32,000 bases of DNA, from the NCBI RefSeq assembly GCF_900142215.1, contig NZ_FRAC01000026.1, positions 44,872-76,871 on the forward strand. The letters are read 5' to 3'. The translations under genes were made by a program, and so were the position numbers. The notes beneath the pieces are model-generated. The model saw nothing but the letters and a program-made list of their open reading frames with translations. It made no database searches and was not told the origin of the DNA. Source of the DNA: Anaerocolumna jejuensis DSM 15929 (GTDB lineage: Bacteria; Bacillota; Clostridia; Lachnospirales; Lachnospiraceae). Of the stretch, positions 1 through 8,683 are shown in pieces. How positions within the stretch are numbered: position 1 is the stretch's first letter; each line of letters begins with the position of its first letter.

Positions 1-1331
1 TATTCTTTTATGATATCGTCTTTATAAGCAACAATTCCCTCTTTTTTATCTGTTGCAATCGGATATTTACTTCTATCCCATGTCCTGCCTTCTTTTAACA
101 AAAATACATCATCTACATTGAAATATTCATAAGATATATTTCCATTTCTGGAATCAACAATATCCCATGTACAATCGAGATGATAGTACCGACCACCAAT
201 TTTCACCATATTCCAGGCATGAGCTTGTCCTGCCCAGCCATGTGATACTTTAATAACCTCAACTCCAGCCCTTTTTAGCAATAAGGATGTTGCATCGGAT
301 ATCGCATCACAGGCACCTTTATGATCCACAATTACGCCATAGGCACCTTTATCTGATACCCCAAGCTTATACTCCGTATTCAAACAGATGTAATCATGTA
401 CTGCTTTTTCCTTCTCTAATAATGTCATTTCCGGCTTTATAATATCTGCCAGGATCTTATCAGCCTTAGCAAGAAAGTCTTCAATCTCACTTTTTGACAT
501 ATAAAATCCCCAGAAATTACACTTGGTATTATCGCCAAACTCATTGCATCTACTATAATCTGCAATAGGATTCCCATTAAGCCCAACTTCATTTAGGCTG
601 CTAATCTGTAATAATTCTGAAAAGTCCTCAATTAAGTTATTAGAAAGACTAATCTCCTTTAGCATTTTTAGCTTATTCATAGATGGTAAATCCATAATTT
701 TATTATCTGCTAAACTTACACTCTCTAACAATTCAAAATCTGATAGAAAGCTTAAATTTTCTATGTTACATTGATTTGCAGTTAAAGATTTCAGACTATT
801 CTTTAAAGCTGATATTTGGCTTAAATCTGAAATTGGATTTCTTGTTATGTCTAATGCTTCTAATTTGTTAAGATTTCTAAGAGACTTTAAGTCAGATACC
901 TTATTATCACATAAATTAATAGAATTAAGGTTTAATAGCTCTGCAAGAGGAGATATATCCTTAATAAAATTACTATTCAAACTTAATGAAGTCAGATTTT
1001 TCAGCTCGCTAATCTGTGATATATCTTCAATTTTATTTTCGGTAAGAGTAAGACTTTTAATGTTCCTGGCATATTGGAGGCCTTCAAGTGATTTTATATC
1101 TAATGTTTTTAAATTACAGTCTTTTATACTCAATAAATCCGATTTCAATATATCCCCAACTGGCTTTGAAATCATTGCTCTGATGGCTTTTTCCAAATTT
1201 GCATCTGGTATCAATACAACATCTGAGACTTGGCTTTCTGCTCTAGTTAAGACAGGATTCCCCAAAATAGCGCAAGTAATTACTACTACAAAAATAAACG
1301 GAATCATTGCGTTAAAAATAAATTTTTTCAT
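1..1331 (-). CDS. Secreted leucine-rich-repeat (internalin-like) protein fused to a transglutaminase-like cysteine peptidase core; the C-terminus runs off the window
   Basis: Absent from the ORF track because the frame is open to the window edge. Reverse translation from the ATG at 1331 (GGGAGAG Shine-Dalgarno upstream) gives MKKFIFNAMIPFIFVVVITCAILG, a signal peptide. About eight 22-residue LxxLxLxxNxIxDIxxL repeats follow (IKSLTLTENKIEDISQISELKN, LTSLSLNSNFIKDISPLAELLN, LNSINLCDNKVSDLKSLRNLNK ...). Then come HKGACDAISD, QAHAWNMV and HLDCTWD, the Cys-His-Asp order of the transglutaminase-like core. Confidence 0.8.
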   Translation of the reverse strand, partial: MKKFIFNAMIPFIFVVVITCAILGNPVLTRAESQVSDVVLIPDANLEKAIRAMISKPVGDILKSDLLSIKDCNLKTLDIKSLEGLQYARNIKSLTLTENKIEDISQISELKNLTSLSLNSNFIKDISPLAELLNLNSINLCDNKVSDLKSLRNLNKLEALDITRNPISDLSQISALKNSLKSLTANQCNIENLSFLSDFELLESVSLADNKIMDLPSMNKLKMLKEISLSNNLIEDFSELLQISSLNEVGLNGNPIADYSRCNEFGDNTKCNFWGFYMSKSEIEDFLAKADKILADIIKPEMTLLEKEKAVHDYICLNTEYKLGVSDKGAYGVIVDHKGACDAISDATSLLLKRAGVEVIKVSHGWAGQAHAWNMVKIGGRYYHLDCTWDIVDSRNGNISYEYFNVDDVFLLKEGRTWDRSKYPIATDKKEGIVAYKDDIIKE

Positions 1332-1498
1332 TATTTACTCTCCCTTTTCTTGTTTTGTTAATATTTTTTAAAATGAATATCTGTACAACTCTGTATGAAT
1401 TTGAGCGCATAAATAAATCCATTACTTTTTACTAAATAATGCAATTATATAGTAATTTAAAAATTTCATTTGTTTTTTCTCCTTTCGAGTCTTAATTA

Positions 1499-1513
1499 AT
1501 CATCTTTGATGAT
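1499..1513. promoter_or_regulatory. Inverted repeat ATCATC-TTT-GATGAT about 26 nt upstream of the -35 of the WYL regulator promoter (candidate operator)
   Basis: The palindrome atcatctttgatgat is read directly from the sequence. Assigning it to a regulator is inference. Confidence 0.25.
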
Positions 1514-1539
1514 CATAGTTATATTATACATGTAAAACC

Positions 1540-1568
1540 TTGACAGCAGTATGTCATGGTTGTAAAAT
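1540..1568 (+). promoter_or_regulatory. Near-consensus sigma-A type promoter for the WYL regulator gene
   Basis: TTGACA (1540-1545), a 17-nt spacer, then TAAAAT (1563-1568), about 20 nt upstream of the ATG at 1588. Confidence 0.5.
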
Positions 1569-1587
1569 TATCTACGAGGTGATTAAA

Positions 1588-2508
1588 ATGAAACTAGCAA
1601 GAATGATATCTATCATTATGTTACTCCTTGAGCATAGAATAATAAGTGCAACTAAATTAGCAATGATGTTTGAAGTATCCCCTCGTACAATCTTTCGTGA
1701 TATAGACACAATCAACGAAGCTGGAATACCCATTATTGCTTATCCGGGTGTAAAAGGCGGGATAGGTATAATGGAAGAATATAAGATTGAAAAAGGACTT
1801 TTTACCGTCCCTGACATTATCTCTTTACTAAGTGGGCTTGGCAGTATTCCCTTGTCCAGTGAAGAAATATTTACTACAATGGCAAAAATTAAAGGTTTAC
1901 TGCCTAAAGAGCATATTCATGAGATTGAATTAAAATCCAATAAAATTACTACAGATTATACTTCATGGAAAGGGATTAAATCCCTTCCAGTTAATATTAA
2001 AGAAATCAGAGCAGCTCTTGACAAAAACCACTTTTTGTACTTCCAATATTATGATCGTGGAGGGAGAGAAACAGCAAGAAAAATCGAGCCTTACCGATTA
2101 ATTTTTAAGGACTCTAACTGGTATATACACGCTTACTGCTTATCAAGGCAGGATTTTCGTACCTTTCGCTTATCCCGAATGTCATCTCTTCAAGTGTTAG
2201 ATGAGACTTTTATACCTAGAGAATTCGAAATAAAACCATCGGTTTTGCCAGCAATTCAAAAGATTACCATTAAGCTTTTGGTTGATAATTCACTCCGAGG
2301 CTGGATGGCAGATTTTTGTGGAAAAGAAAACATTGATATCTATGATGATACCAGGGTAATTGTTCACTTTCCATTTATGGAAAGTGATTATGTATATGGC
2401 CTTTTACTGAAATTTGGTGATAAATGTGAATGTTTAGAACCTGAAACAATCCGGCGTGAATTACTGCGGAGAGTAAACAATATTCAAAAGCTCTATCAAA
2501 AGCCCTAG
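1588..2508 (+). CDS. HTH plus WYL-domain transcriptional regulator (YafY/PafBC-like)
   Basis: ORF track 1540..2508. I prefer the ATG at 1588 because it follows GAGGTG. The N-terminus MKLARMISIIMLLLEHRIISATKLAMMFEVSPRTIFRDIDTINEAGIPI is a DeoR/HTH_11-type helix-turn-helix. The central FKDSNWYIHAYCLSRQDFRTFRLSRM is a WYL-domain signature. Confidence 0.85.
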   Translation: MKLARMISIIMLLLEHRIISATKLAMMFEVSPRTIFRDIDTINEAGIPIIAYPGVKGGIGIMEEYKIEKGLFTVPDIISLLSGLGSIPLSSEEIFTTMAKIKGLLPKEHIHEIELKSNKITTDYTSWKGIKSLPVNIKEIRAALDKNHFLYFQYYDRGGRETARKIEPYRLIFKDSNWYIHAYCLSRQDFRTFRLSRMSSLQVLDETFIPREFEIKPSVLPAIQKITIKLLVDNSLRGWMADFCGKENIDIYDDTRVIVHFPFMESDYVYGLLLKFGDKCECLEPETIRRELLRRVNNIQKLYQKP

Positions 2509-2649
2509 CAGACATTTAATAATTTTCGTTCAATGCTGCATAATTTTACCTCTTCCAAAATTATAGCCGATACATATCCAGTTTGTTGGAAATAGCTCAT
2601 AAATAAATTGACGCCTATTATTATTTCGAACTACTACAAAGGAGATTTT

Positions 2650-4086
2650 ATGAACATATTTGAAGTATTCATTCTTATTTTTCTGGTTGTCTCAGCGTTA
2701 AACAGACTTGTTTTCAGAATAAACATGTTAGATATTGTACTACCCGCATGCTCAGTTATACTCTGTATCGCAAATCTGGTTTTTATCGGATATCGAATTC
2801 AGATGGTGCCGGCATATATACTGGCACTCATTTTTCTGGTAATTGACGTATTTATAAAATTCAAAATATCGTTTAAAATGAAAAAGTCATTTAAAATTTT
2901 GTCGGTATTGATACTTGTATTGTCATTAATCATTTCAATTGCTTTTCCTATACTGTTCCCTGTTGTACAACTACCAAAGACGGAGGGCCCCTATTCTGTG
3001 GGGACAGCGACGATGTCTTTCACAGACGAATCAAGGAAAGGGATTTTTACCGAGAAAAACAGCAGCAGGGAAATCGCTGTTCAGATATGGTATCCAACAG
3101 ACGATACAGCGAATAAAGAAGCAACGAACTTTTTCCCCAACAGTGTTGCCAGTACATATATGGCTGAGCGATTGGGTCTACCGGATATTTTCGGTTATCT
3201 TGCGCTTGTTAAAACGCATAGTAATAAAAACTCCGACCTGTCCACCCATGAGCGCAGTTACCCCGTGATATTATTCTCAGGCGGATTTGGGAGCTTTGTG
3301 GGGCAAAACACAGTCCAAATGGAGGCGCTTGCAAGTAATGGATACATTGTATTCAGCATATCGCATCCCTACGAAGACTTTGCCACGATATATCCGTCTG
3401 GAAAGATATTGCGCTATAATACCGCTCAGGTCAATCGCTTTCAAAATGAACTGGCTACGGTCAGCAAAAGCTATTCGGGAGATAAGTCATCTGCTGAATT
3501 TGAAAAATACTCGATCAAAGAGTGTCAAATTGCCAGTGAGAGTGTCCATATATGGAGTGACGACACGATTTTTATTGCGGATATAATCGAGGAATTGAAC
3601 AGCGGTGAAATTAAGAGCATATTTAAAAATAAGCTTGATACTGCCAATATGGGAGTTTTCGGTCACTCATTCGGCGGAGCGACAGCAAGTCAGGTTTGTC
3701 TTGATGACAGCAGGTTTAAAGCCTTTATCAACATGGACGGAACTGTATTCGGAGACTCTATGAATCGTGTGATTGAGAGACCATTTATGATTATGAACGG
3801 CAATGATGACAAGAGTTTGATTCCGGCAGGCTATTCCTCAGAACAGACAAATTATTATGATGTAACGATTAATGGTGCCAAGCACTCAGACTTTATGGAT
3901 TTTACTGTTCTTTTACCTACCTTCAGACTCGTGGGGATGCTGGGAAATGTTGGTGGCTACAGGCAGGAGGCAATAATGAACGATTACATCATCGCCTTCT
4001 TTAACAAGTATCTGAAAGGTACAAATGAACCGCTTCTGGACGACGGAATGCAGAAATATGACAATGTTTCAGTTGAATACCATTGA
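2650..4086 (+). CDS. Membrane-anchored alpha/beta hydrolase, platelet-activating-factor acetylhydrolase-like lipase/esterase
   Basis: ORF track 2608..4086. I prefer the ATG at 2650, which follows AAAGGAG. About four N-terminal hydrophobic helices are followed by a hydrolase domain with the nucleophile elbow GHSFGGAT and a C-terminal NGAKHSDF histidine motif. Confidence 0.75.
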   Translation: MNIFEVFILIFLVVSALNRLVFRINMLDIVLPACSVILCIANLVFIGYRIQMVPAYILALIFLVIDVFIKFKISFKMKKSFKILSVLILVLSLIISIAFPILFPVVQLPKTEGPYSVGTATMSFTDESRKGIFTEKNSSREIAVQIWYPTDDTANKEATNFFPNSVASTYMAERLGLPDIFGYLALVKTHSNKNSDLSTHERSYPVILFSGGFGSFVGQNTVQMEALASNGYIVFSISHPYEDFATIYPSGKILRYNTAQVNRFQNELATVSKSYSGDKSSAEFEKYSIKECQIASESVHIWSDDTIFIADIIEELNSGEIKSIFKNKLDTANMGVFGHSFGGATASQVCLDDSRFKAFINMDGTVFGDSMNRVIERPFMIMNGNDDKSLIPAGYSSEQTNYYDVTINGAKHSDFMDFTVLLPTFRLVGMLGNVGGYRQEAIMNDYIIAFFNKYLKGTNEPLLDDGMQKYDNVSVEYH

Positions 4087-4198
4087 CAGGATGAGCATCT
4101 TCCTGCTTTGATACCAGACGATAAAGTACACCTGGATCTTAGAAGCATATTCTTCCGCCAAGGTCCCAATAGTACAGCTTATCTTGCTCTGAGGGGTT

Positions 4199-4226
4199 AC
4201 CCGGTCGTAATGACCGGGTTTTTTAT
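4199..4226 (+). terminator. Rho-independent terminator of the hydrolase gene
   Basis: An 8-bp stem acccggtc/gaccgggt with a 5-nt loop, followed by a T-run. Confidence 0.7.
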
Positions 4227-4304
4227 TGCTACTCTCTTGCTATTTTATAGGGGTAAGCCTGGGTAATTTATGTTATTTCCATCCCATGATCACCTTTCTT
4301 TCAT

Positions 4305-4499
4305 TTATTGTCTCTTCTTTCTTATCCTCTTTATCATATAGCTAATCAATGAAAAAAAGCCATTTATAATTAAAAATAGAAAGGTTATATATGCTGAATC
4401 AGCAAGATTCCTATCTTCCACAAAATAATATATCAATACAAAAAATAGGGATATTTTAAATAACAGCTCTGCAATTTGCCTTAATATTAACTTGATCAT
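4305..4499 (-). CDS. Small two-helix membrane protein, hypothetical
   Basis: 64 aa with two hydrophobic segments and a basic tail (KRIRKKRQ). GGAGAG lies 6 nt upstream of the ATG. Confidence 0.45.
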   Translation of the reverse strand: MIKLILRQIAELLFKISLFFVLIYYFVEDRNLADSAYITFLFLIINGFFSLISYMIKRIRKKRQ

Positions 4500-4596
4500 A
4501 TTGCACTCTCCAACAAATTTATTTGTATTGCAATATTCTCATTTAACTACCACTTTGTCAAGGCATAGAAAAAAGCACCCAGAGGATGCTTGATAT

Positions 4597-4785
4597 CTAT
4601 TCTAATTCTCTTTTAAATGTAAATATGACCGATGAAGTATAGGAACCTCCTCCTACAATGCTATTTGTTATAGGTGTCACGCTTACTATTTCCCATCCTT
4701 CTTTACCAAAATTATTTACTTCAATTTCATCATTGTCATTTAAATCCATTGATATCTTTAATATACTGTATTCCCATTTTTTCAT
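4597..4785 (-). CDS. DUF4177-like small protein
   Basis: MKKWEYSILKI ... FGKEGWEIVSV ... FTFKRELE matches the pattern I recall for DUF4177. GGGAG lies upstream of the ATG. Confidence 0.6.
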   Translation of the reverse strand: MKKWEYSILKISMDLNDNDEIEVNNFGKEGWEIVSVTPITNSIVGGGSYTSSVIFTFKRELE

Positions 4786-4913
4786 ATATTTACTCCCTGA
4801 ATATTATTTTGCCATTATAACCCATTTCACCATATTTTTCAATATAAAAAGACACGCCCTATATTTCAGACGTGCCCTTTCTCGGGGAGTATAAATAATT
4901 AATAGGGCCCTGT

Positions 4914-5180
4914 TTACTGCCTAACCCTTATGTATATTTGACCAATAATCTTACCTGTTTCATCCGGTTTTTTCCCCTCACGGTACTCTTCCAGGGCTTC
5001 TGACAGCTCAGAATGACACAAAGCAATCAATTCACCGAAGCTTTTTTCTTCATCCCACCAGCCGTGGTCTATTGCATTTTCACCGACTTCTTTTACAAAT
5101 TCATTTATATTCAGCATAATATTTCTCTTTTCCGGCCAGTAGCCGGATGCTTTTATATTGCTTGTACATTTTTTAATCAA
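4914..5180 (-). pseudogene. Truncated MazG-like nucleotide pyrophosphohydrolase (N-terminal half only)
   Basis: MLNINEFVKEVGENAIDHGWWDEEKSFGELIALCHSELSEALEEYREGKKPDE resembles the first helix pair of phage-type MazG proteins. The second EXXE/D helix pair is missing, and the ORF ends in unrelated residues. The likely original start is the ATG at 5117. Confidence 0.45.
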
Positions 5181-5208
5181 GTGGTATTTCTACCACTCGC
5201 CGCTTACA

Positions 5209-5561
5209 TCAGATTTTTTCGAAATAGGTAATATTAATTGTCTCTTCTGTCAGATTCATGCTAGGATTTCCCAAGCTAACTCTAACTTTTTCAGCAACCG
5301 TCCTATATGCATTCCAGTAATCCTGGTCAGTTGCTTCTTCATCAGGAACTTTTTTACTTTCAATCAAAAAAATAATGCTGCCGTTAAGTTCTCCAATATC
5401 TGGACTAACAAAATATCTTTCATGTACCTCCCCTGTATGCTAATACCAGTTTCCTGATAAACTTTAATTGCTTCTATGTTCCAGATATCTCCAATTTTAG
5501 CATTTGTATAATATTGAGGATCAAGTCCAAAAAATGAAATTGTATAACTTTTTGTTTCCAT
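5209..5561 (-). pseudogene. Hypothetical protein gene split by a 1-nt frameshift in a G4 (C4 on plus) run
   Basis: The track ORF 5364..5561 (METKSYTISFFGLDPQYYTNAKIGDIWNIEAIKVYQETGISIQG) continues cleanly in another frame as EVHERYFVSPDIGELNGSIIFLIESKKVPDEEATDQDYWNAYRTVAEKVRVSLGNPSMNLTEETINITYFEKI, with a stop at 5209-5211. The join is at cccc 5430-5433. Confidence 0.55.
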
Positions 5562-5580
5562 AATCCACCATTAGTAAATC

Positions 5581-5608
5581 TTTATAACAATATATGCCTC
5601 TCTGTCAA
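5581..5608 (-). promoter_or_regulatory. Sigma-A type promoter of the frameshifted ORF
   Basis: On the minus strand: TTGACA (5603-5608), a 16-nt spacer, then TATAAA (5581-5586). A GGTGG ribosome-binding site precedes the ATG at 5561. Confidence 0.5.
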
Positions 5609-5789
5609 AATAGTTAAATCCTAAGTCATACCAGGTACACATATGAACGGTATACTATGTTTGTAAGGTAAATCACACCTCAACCTTAACAATTTTTTTC
5701 ATAAATCGGCCAGTAGGATAACCTGCTGGCCTCTCCTCTGTTTTGGGTACAAAAAAACTACCAATACGAATATTGATAGTTGGATGTAT

Positions 5790-6098
5790 TTATTTAATAC
5801 TTAATTTCTCAACCCCGATTACTTCTTTTATATGTAATATATATAATTCAATGGTTTTCTTAGCCTCTATTAAGCTTATATCCGTTTTCTTTGGTTCTCC
5901 CCTCCTAATGTAATAATCAACCTGTTCTAATTTTTGAATTAAATCCCAAAACTTTTTTACACTCTCTGATTCAACATATAGTTCGACGCTTCGGAAAGTA
6001 TCTATAAAATCATTAATAAGGGGTTTTAGTAGGATTGGTTTTTCAGGATTACATTCAATACGCCATCTGATGGAGATATTGAGGTTTTGATGAAACAC
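5790..6098 (-). pseudogene. Start-less ORF fragment (C-terminal remnant of an unknown gene)
   Basis: The M in the track is a GTG codon. The frame has no ATG anywhere and opens only 7 codons upstream. It overlaps the integrase fragment by 12 nt, which suggests a deletion junction. Confidence 0.3.
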
Positions 6099-6458
6099 TT
6101 TTCTAAAGATGAAAATATGTTAAGGGCTGTCTGCCTTGCAGCATTCGGTACCCTAAGGCGCTCAGAAATATGTGCGCTGACCACAGATGATGTACGCGGG
6201 AATACCATATCGATAAGTAAGGCAATGGCCCGATTTTCAAATAAAGAGTGGATAATCAAAACAACCAAAACTATTTCAAGTACAAGAGAGGTAATCATGC
6301 ACGCATTAAATGTGCCTGACCAATACATTATGCAGCGTGGCGGATGGTCTTCGGACAAAACTCTAAAAGAAGTCTATCGTGGTACCATAAATGATTACGA
6401 GCAAAAATACCTCGATGTAACCATTAAACATTTTGAATCTATGCAACATGAAATATAA
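6087..6458 (+). pseudogene. Tyrosine recombinase (phage integrase family) fragment
   Basis: LAAFGTLRRSEICALTTDDV is the box-I arginine region, and QRGGWSSDKTLKEVYRGTI is the C-terminal tyrosine region. The N-terminal SAM-like domain and the HxxR box between them are absent. Only 123 aa remain, directly next to the tRNA 3' end. Confidence 0.7.
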
Positions 6459-6499
6459 CATAAAAAATAAAAAGCCTTGTATTTACAAGACTTTTGTAG

Positions 6500-6572
<73 letters not shown>

Positions 6573-6700
6573 TATGGTCGAAAACCCTTTATTTATCTGG
6601 GTTTCCAGCATTTTACTTTTTTAAATCCACTTCTTCTTTGAGGGGTCGTTTACTGGACATCTCGCGCTCCCAGTTGAGCTCTCTACATTAAAATATATAA

Positions 6701-7621
6701 CTTCTATATAGCGTACTACTTCAGGAAAATAACATTCATAAAATTGGCCCTAGGTCTGGTGATCATACCCAATTCCTCGAATATATTGAGATTGCCGGCA
6801 CTTTTAAGGATTCCAGCTACTGAAAGCTAGCTAAAGATGTTTCCGTATATACATGTTCAAGCGCATCTAAAGCAACTAGCTTCAAAACCAATTTAAATGC
6901 ATTATTTAATGATGCAGATAGAGACCTTGATTTTATTACACCTACATACTTATCAAGTTCCTATGCTGTATGTTGCCCAAAAGTTAGGGCAAATCAAGGT
7001 GAAGTAACATATTTCTACAAAAATGCATATCCTGCAGTTAGCAGAAAACTCCATAACGCTGATTACAATACTTCATCAGGATCAAGCACGTCTGTTACCT
7101 TATTGTATACTATTGATAGCACAATAACCAATCCTTGGCATGAAGCTTTAAAATTAGCCAATGCAATTCGCTATGCTGCAACTTTAAATTACAATTGCTT
7201 AAGAGAAACTAGCCCAAGTACACTTGCCAAATTAGCAGTACCCACTAATACATCAACGTCAGTAACAAAAACAATAAGTTCATCTTGCTCGGTACAGTTT
7301 TATGGCCACCCTGATCAGGGGACTCAATCAGGTACACAGTCATATTCAAGCAGTTTAGGTATGTATGTAGAGAACATTGCTTCTCCCGTAACAGGAAATG
7401 CCGATGTTCTGCATCCTGCAGATATAACAGCTGCACTAACCTCTACTAACAGTTGGAATACTACATACAAAAATAAATACGTTAAAGTTACAAATGGAAC
7501 AAAATCACTTATTGTTCGCATTACCGATACTGCACCTGCTAATAAAGGTATTGAATTAACATGGCAGGCATATCAAGCACTTGAGAAACCGAGTACAGTT
7601 AAAATTGAGTTAATGAGCTAA
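6701..7621 (+). pseudogene. RlpA-like double-psi beta-barrel (DPBB) domain protein, 5'-truncated with an in-frame TGA
   Basis: The track ORF 7103..7621 starts at a TTG. The same frame is open back to 6824 without any ATG, GTG or TTG, is interrupted by TGA at 6821-6823, and stays protein-like back to 6701. The C-terminus YGHPDQG ... ITAALTS ... KYVKVTNGTKSLIVRITDTAPANKGIELTWQAYQAL resembles a DPBB fold. There is no signal peptide or start codon. Confidence 0.5.
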
Positions 7622-7667
7622 TTACGACTGATTTTACAATTATAAAAAATTCATAATTCTTAAACTA

Positions 7668-7727
7668 GAAAAGCTTTTGCTAAACAAGTCAGAACTGGCT
7701 TTGAAGCAAAAGCTTTTTCTTTTTTAT
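7668..7727 (+). terminator. Hairpin plus T-run downstream of the DPBB ORF
   Basis: A 12-bp stem aaaagcttttgc/gcaaaagctttt with a large 25-nt loop, followed by ttctttttt. Confidence 0.45.
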
Positions 7728-7873
7728 GAAAAGAATACTATATAAAATCAAAAATAGTAAAACATTTTTATAAAGATATTGTTTTTTAATGCCATAGACC
7801 ATTGACCATATAATTATAGTCGCAACAAAATTATAATAGTTCAACTCCAAAATTTATCTTCCTCAATTAAATA

Positions 7874-8683
7874 TTATTTATTATAATCTAACATGAGAGA
7901 CTTTAAATTACTATCATAGGTATAATATTTTACTTTACCGTTTGATTTTATTACTTCAAATAAATGTGATTTATCATTAAAATAAATTTGTTTGATAGAA
8001 TCTACTTTTTCAATAGTCGCATAATATAAAGTATTTTCATCATAAATATACATATAATTGTCTAACTGTGAAATCAATTCATTATAACCGTCATTATTGA
8101 TATCATACTCGTTTAAATCAGAAGAAACAACTGTTGATAATAATATGCTTGGTTCTAACCCATCCATACTAATATAAAATACAAATTTACTGGTTGCGCC
8201 AAGAATTCCGTCTACTCGTACACCTTTATGTCCACAAATACTATTAAATGCTTCAATTTTATTAATGGTAGAATTTTTCGATGTAAATAAGTTAGAATCT
8301 ACTACATCAGACCAATCTTCAATTTGTGACAATGAGGTAATAGTTCCCTTATATTCATAAGCAATATTCAATGTATCATATTTATCCAAGCAAACAAGAA
8401 ATTTATAATCATCATACTGTTTCATATAAAAAATATTTGTTATATTTTTTTGATCTAATTTTATTTTATTTTCTGGATATAAATTAGAATCGTTATTAAC
8501 TTTTATAAACGATATTGGAATAGTTACATCACCTTCTTCAATGTTCTTCATGGCATCTTCAATATAAGTTGATGTAATAACTTCTTTGTTAACAGTGTTT
8601 TTGTTACCACTACAACCAATAAAAAAAATATAACACCCTATAATAATAGTTATACATATTATTTTCTTAAAATAGCCTCTCAT
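7874..8683 (-). CDS. Lipoprotein, hypothetical, with an FG-GAP-like calcium-binding motif
   Basis: The signal peptide carries the lipobox FFIGC|SG. It contains a YDINNDGYNELI motif and is very AT-rich. Confidence 0.7.
   Translation of the reverse strand: MRGYFKKIICITIIIGCYIFFIGCSGNKNTVNKEVITSTYIEDAMKNIEEGDVTIPISFIKVNNDSNLYPENKIKLDQKNITNIFYMKQYDDYKFLVCLDKYDTLNIAYEYKGTITSLSQIEDWSDVVDSNLFTSKNSTINKIEAFNSICGHKGVRVDGILGATSKFVFYISMDGLEPSILLSTVVSSDLNEYDINNDGYNELISQLDNYMYIYDENTLYYATIEKVDSIKQIYFNDKSHLFEVIKSNGKVKYYTYDSNLKSLMLDYNK

Larger units (their letters stand above)
4230..6499. mobile_element. Decayed integrative element or prophage remnant abutting the 3' end of tRNA-Ala copy 1
   Basis: An integrase fragment sits next to the tRNA 3' end. 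All other ORFs are co-oriented on the minus strand and most are damaged: a truncated MazG-like gene, a frameshifted ORF and a start-less ORF fragment. The left boundary is not defined by any repeat I could find. Confidence 0.4.

Noticed and set aside
847-1371. 174-aa plus-strand ORF in the track
   Set aside because: It lies antisense to the well-supported LRR/transglutaminase-like gene on the minus strand. Its sequence is low-complexity (rich in L, F, S, I) and has no ribosome-binding site, so it is a shadow ORF.
6026-6358. 110-aa minus-strand ORF
   Set aside because: It is antisense to the integrase fragment, whose recombinase motifs are recognisable. It has no motif or ribosome-binding-site support.
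6661-6687. tRNA-like fragment ctcgcgctcccagttgagctctctaca, resembling the D-arm region of the neighbouring tRNA-Ala
   Set aside because: I could not fold the flanks into an anticodon arm or T arm. It is at best a short relic and is too short to rule out chance similarity. I mention it only as weak support for repeated rearrangement at this site.
6821-6823. In-frame TGA as programmed recoding (Sec or Trp)
   Set aside because: There is no nearby SECIS-like hairpin, all other genes in the window use TGA as a stop, and the gene also lacks a start codon. A pseudogene is the simpler explanation.
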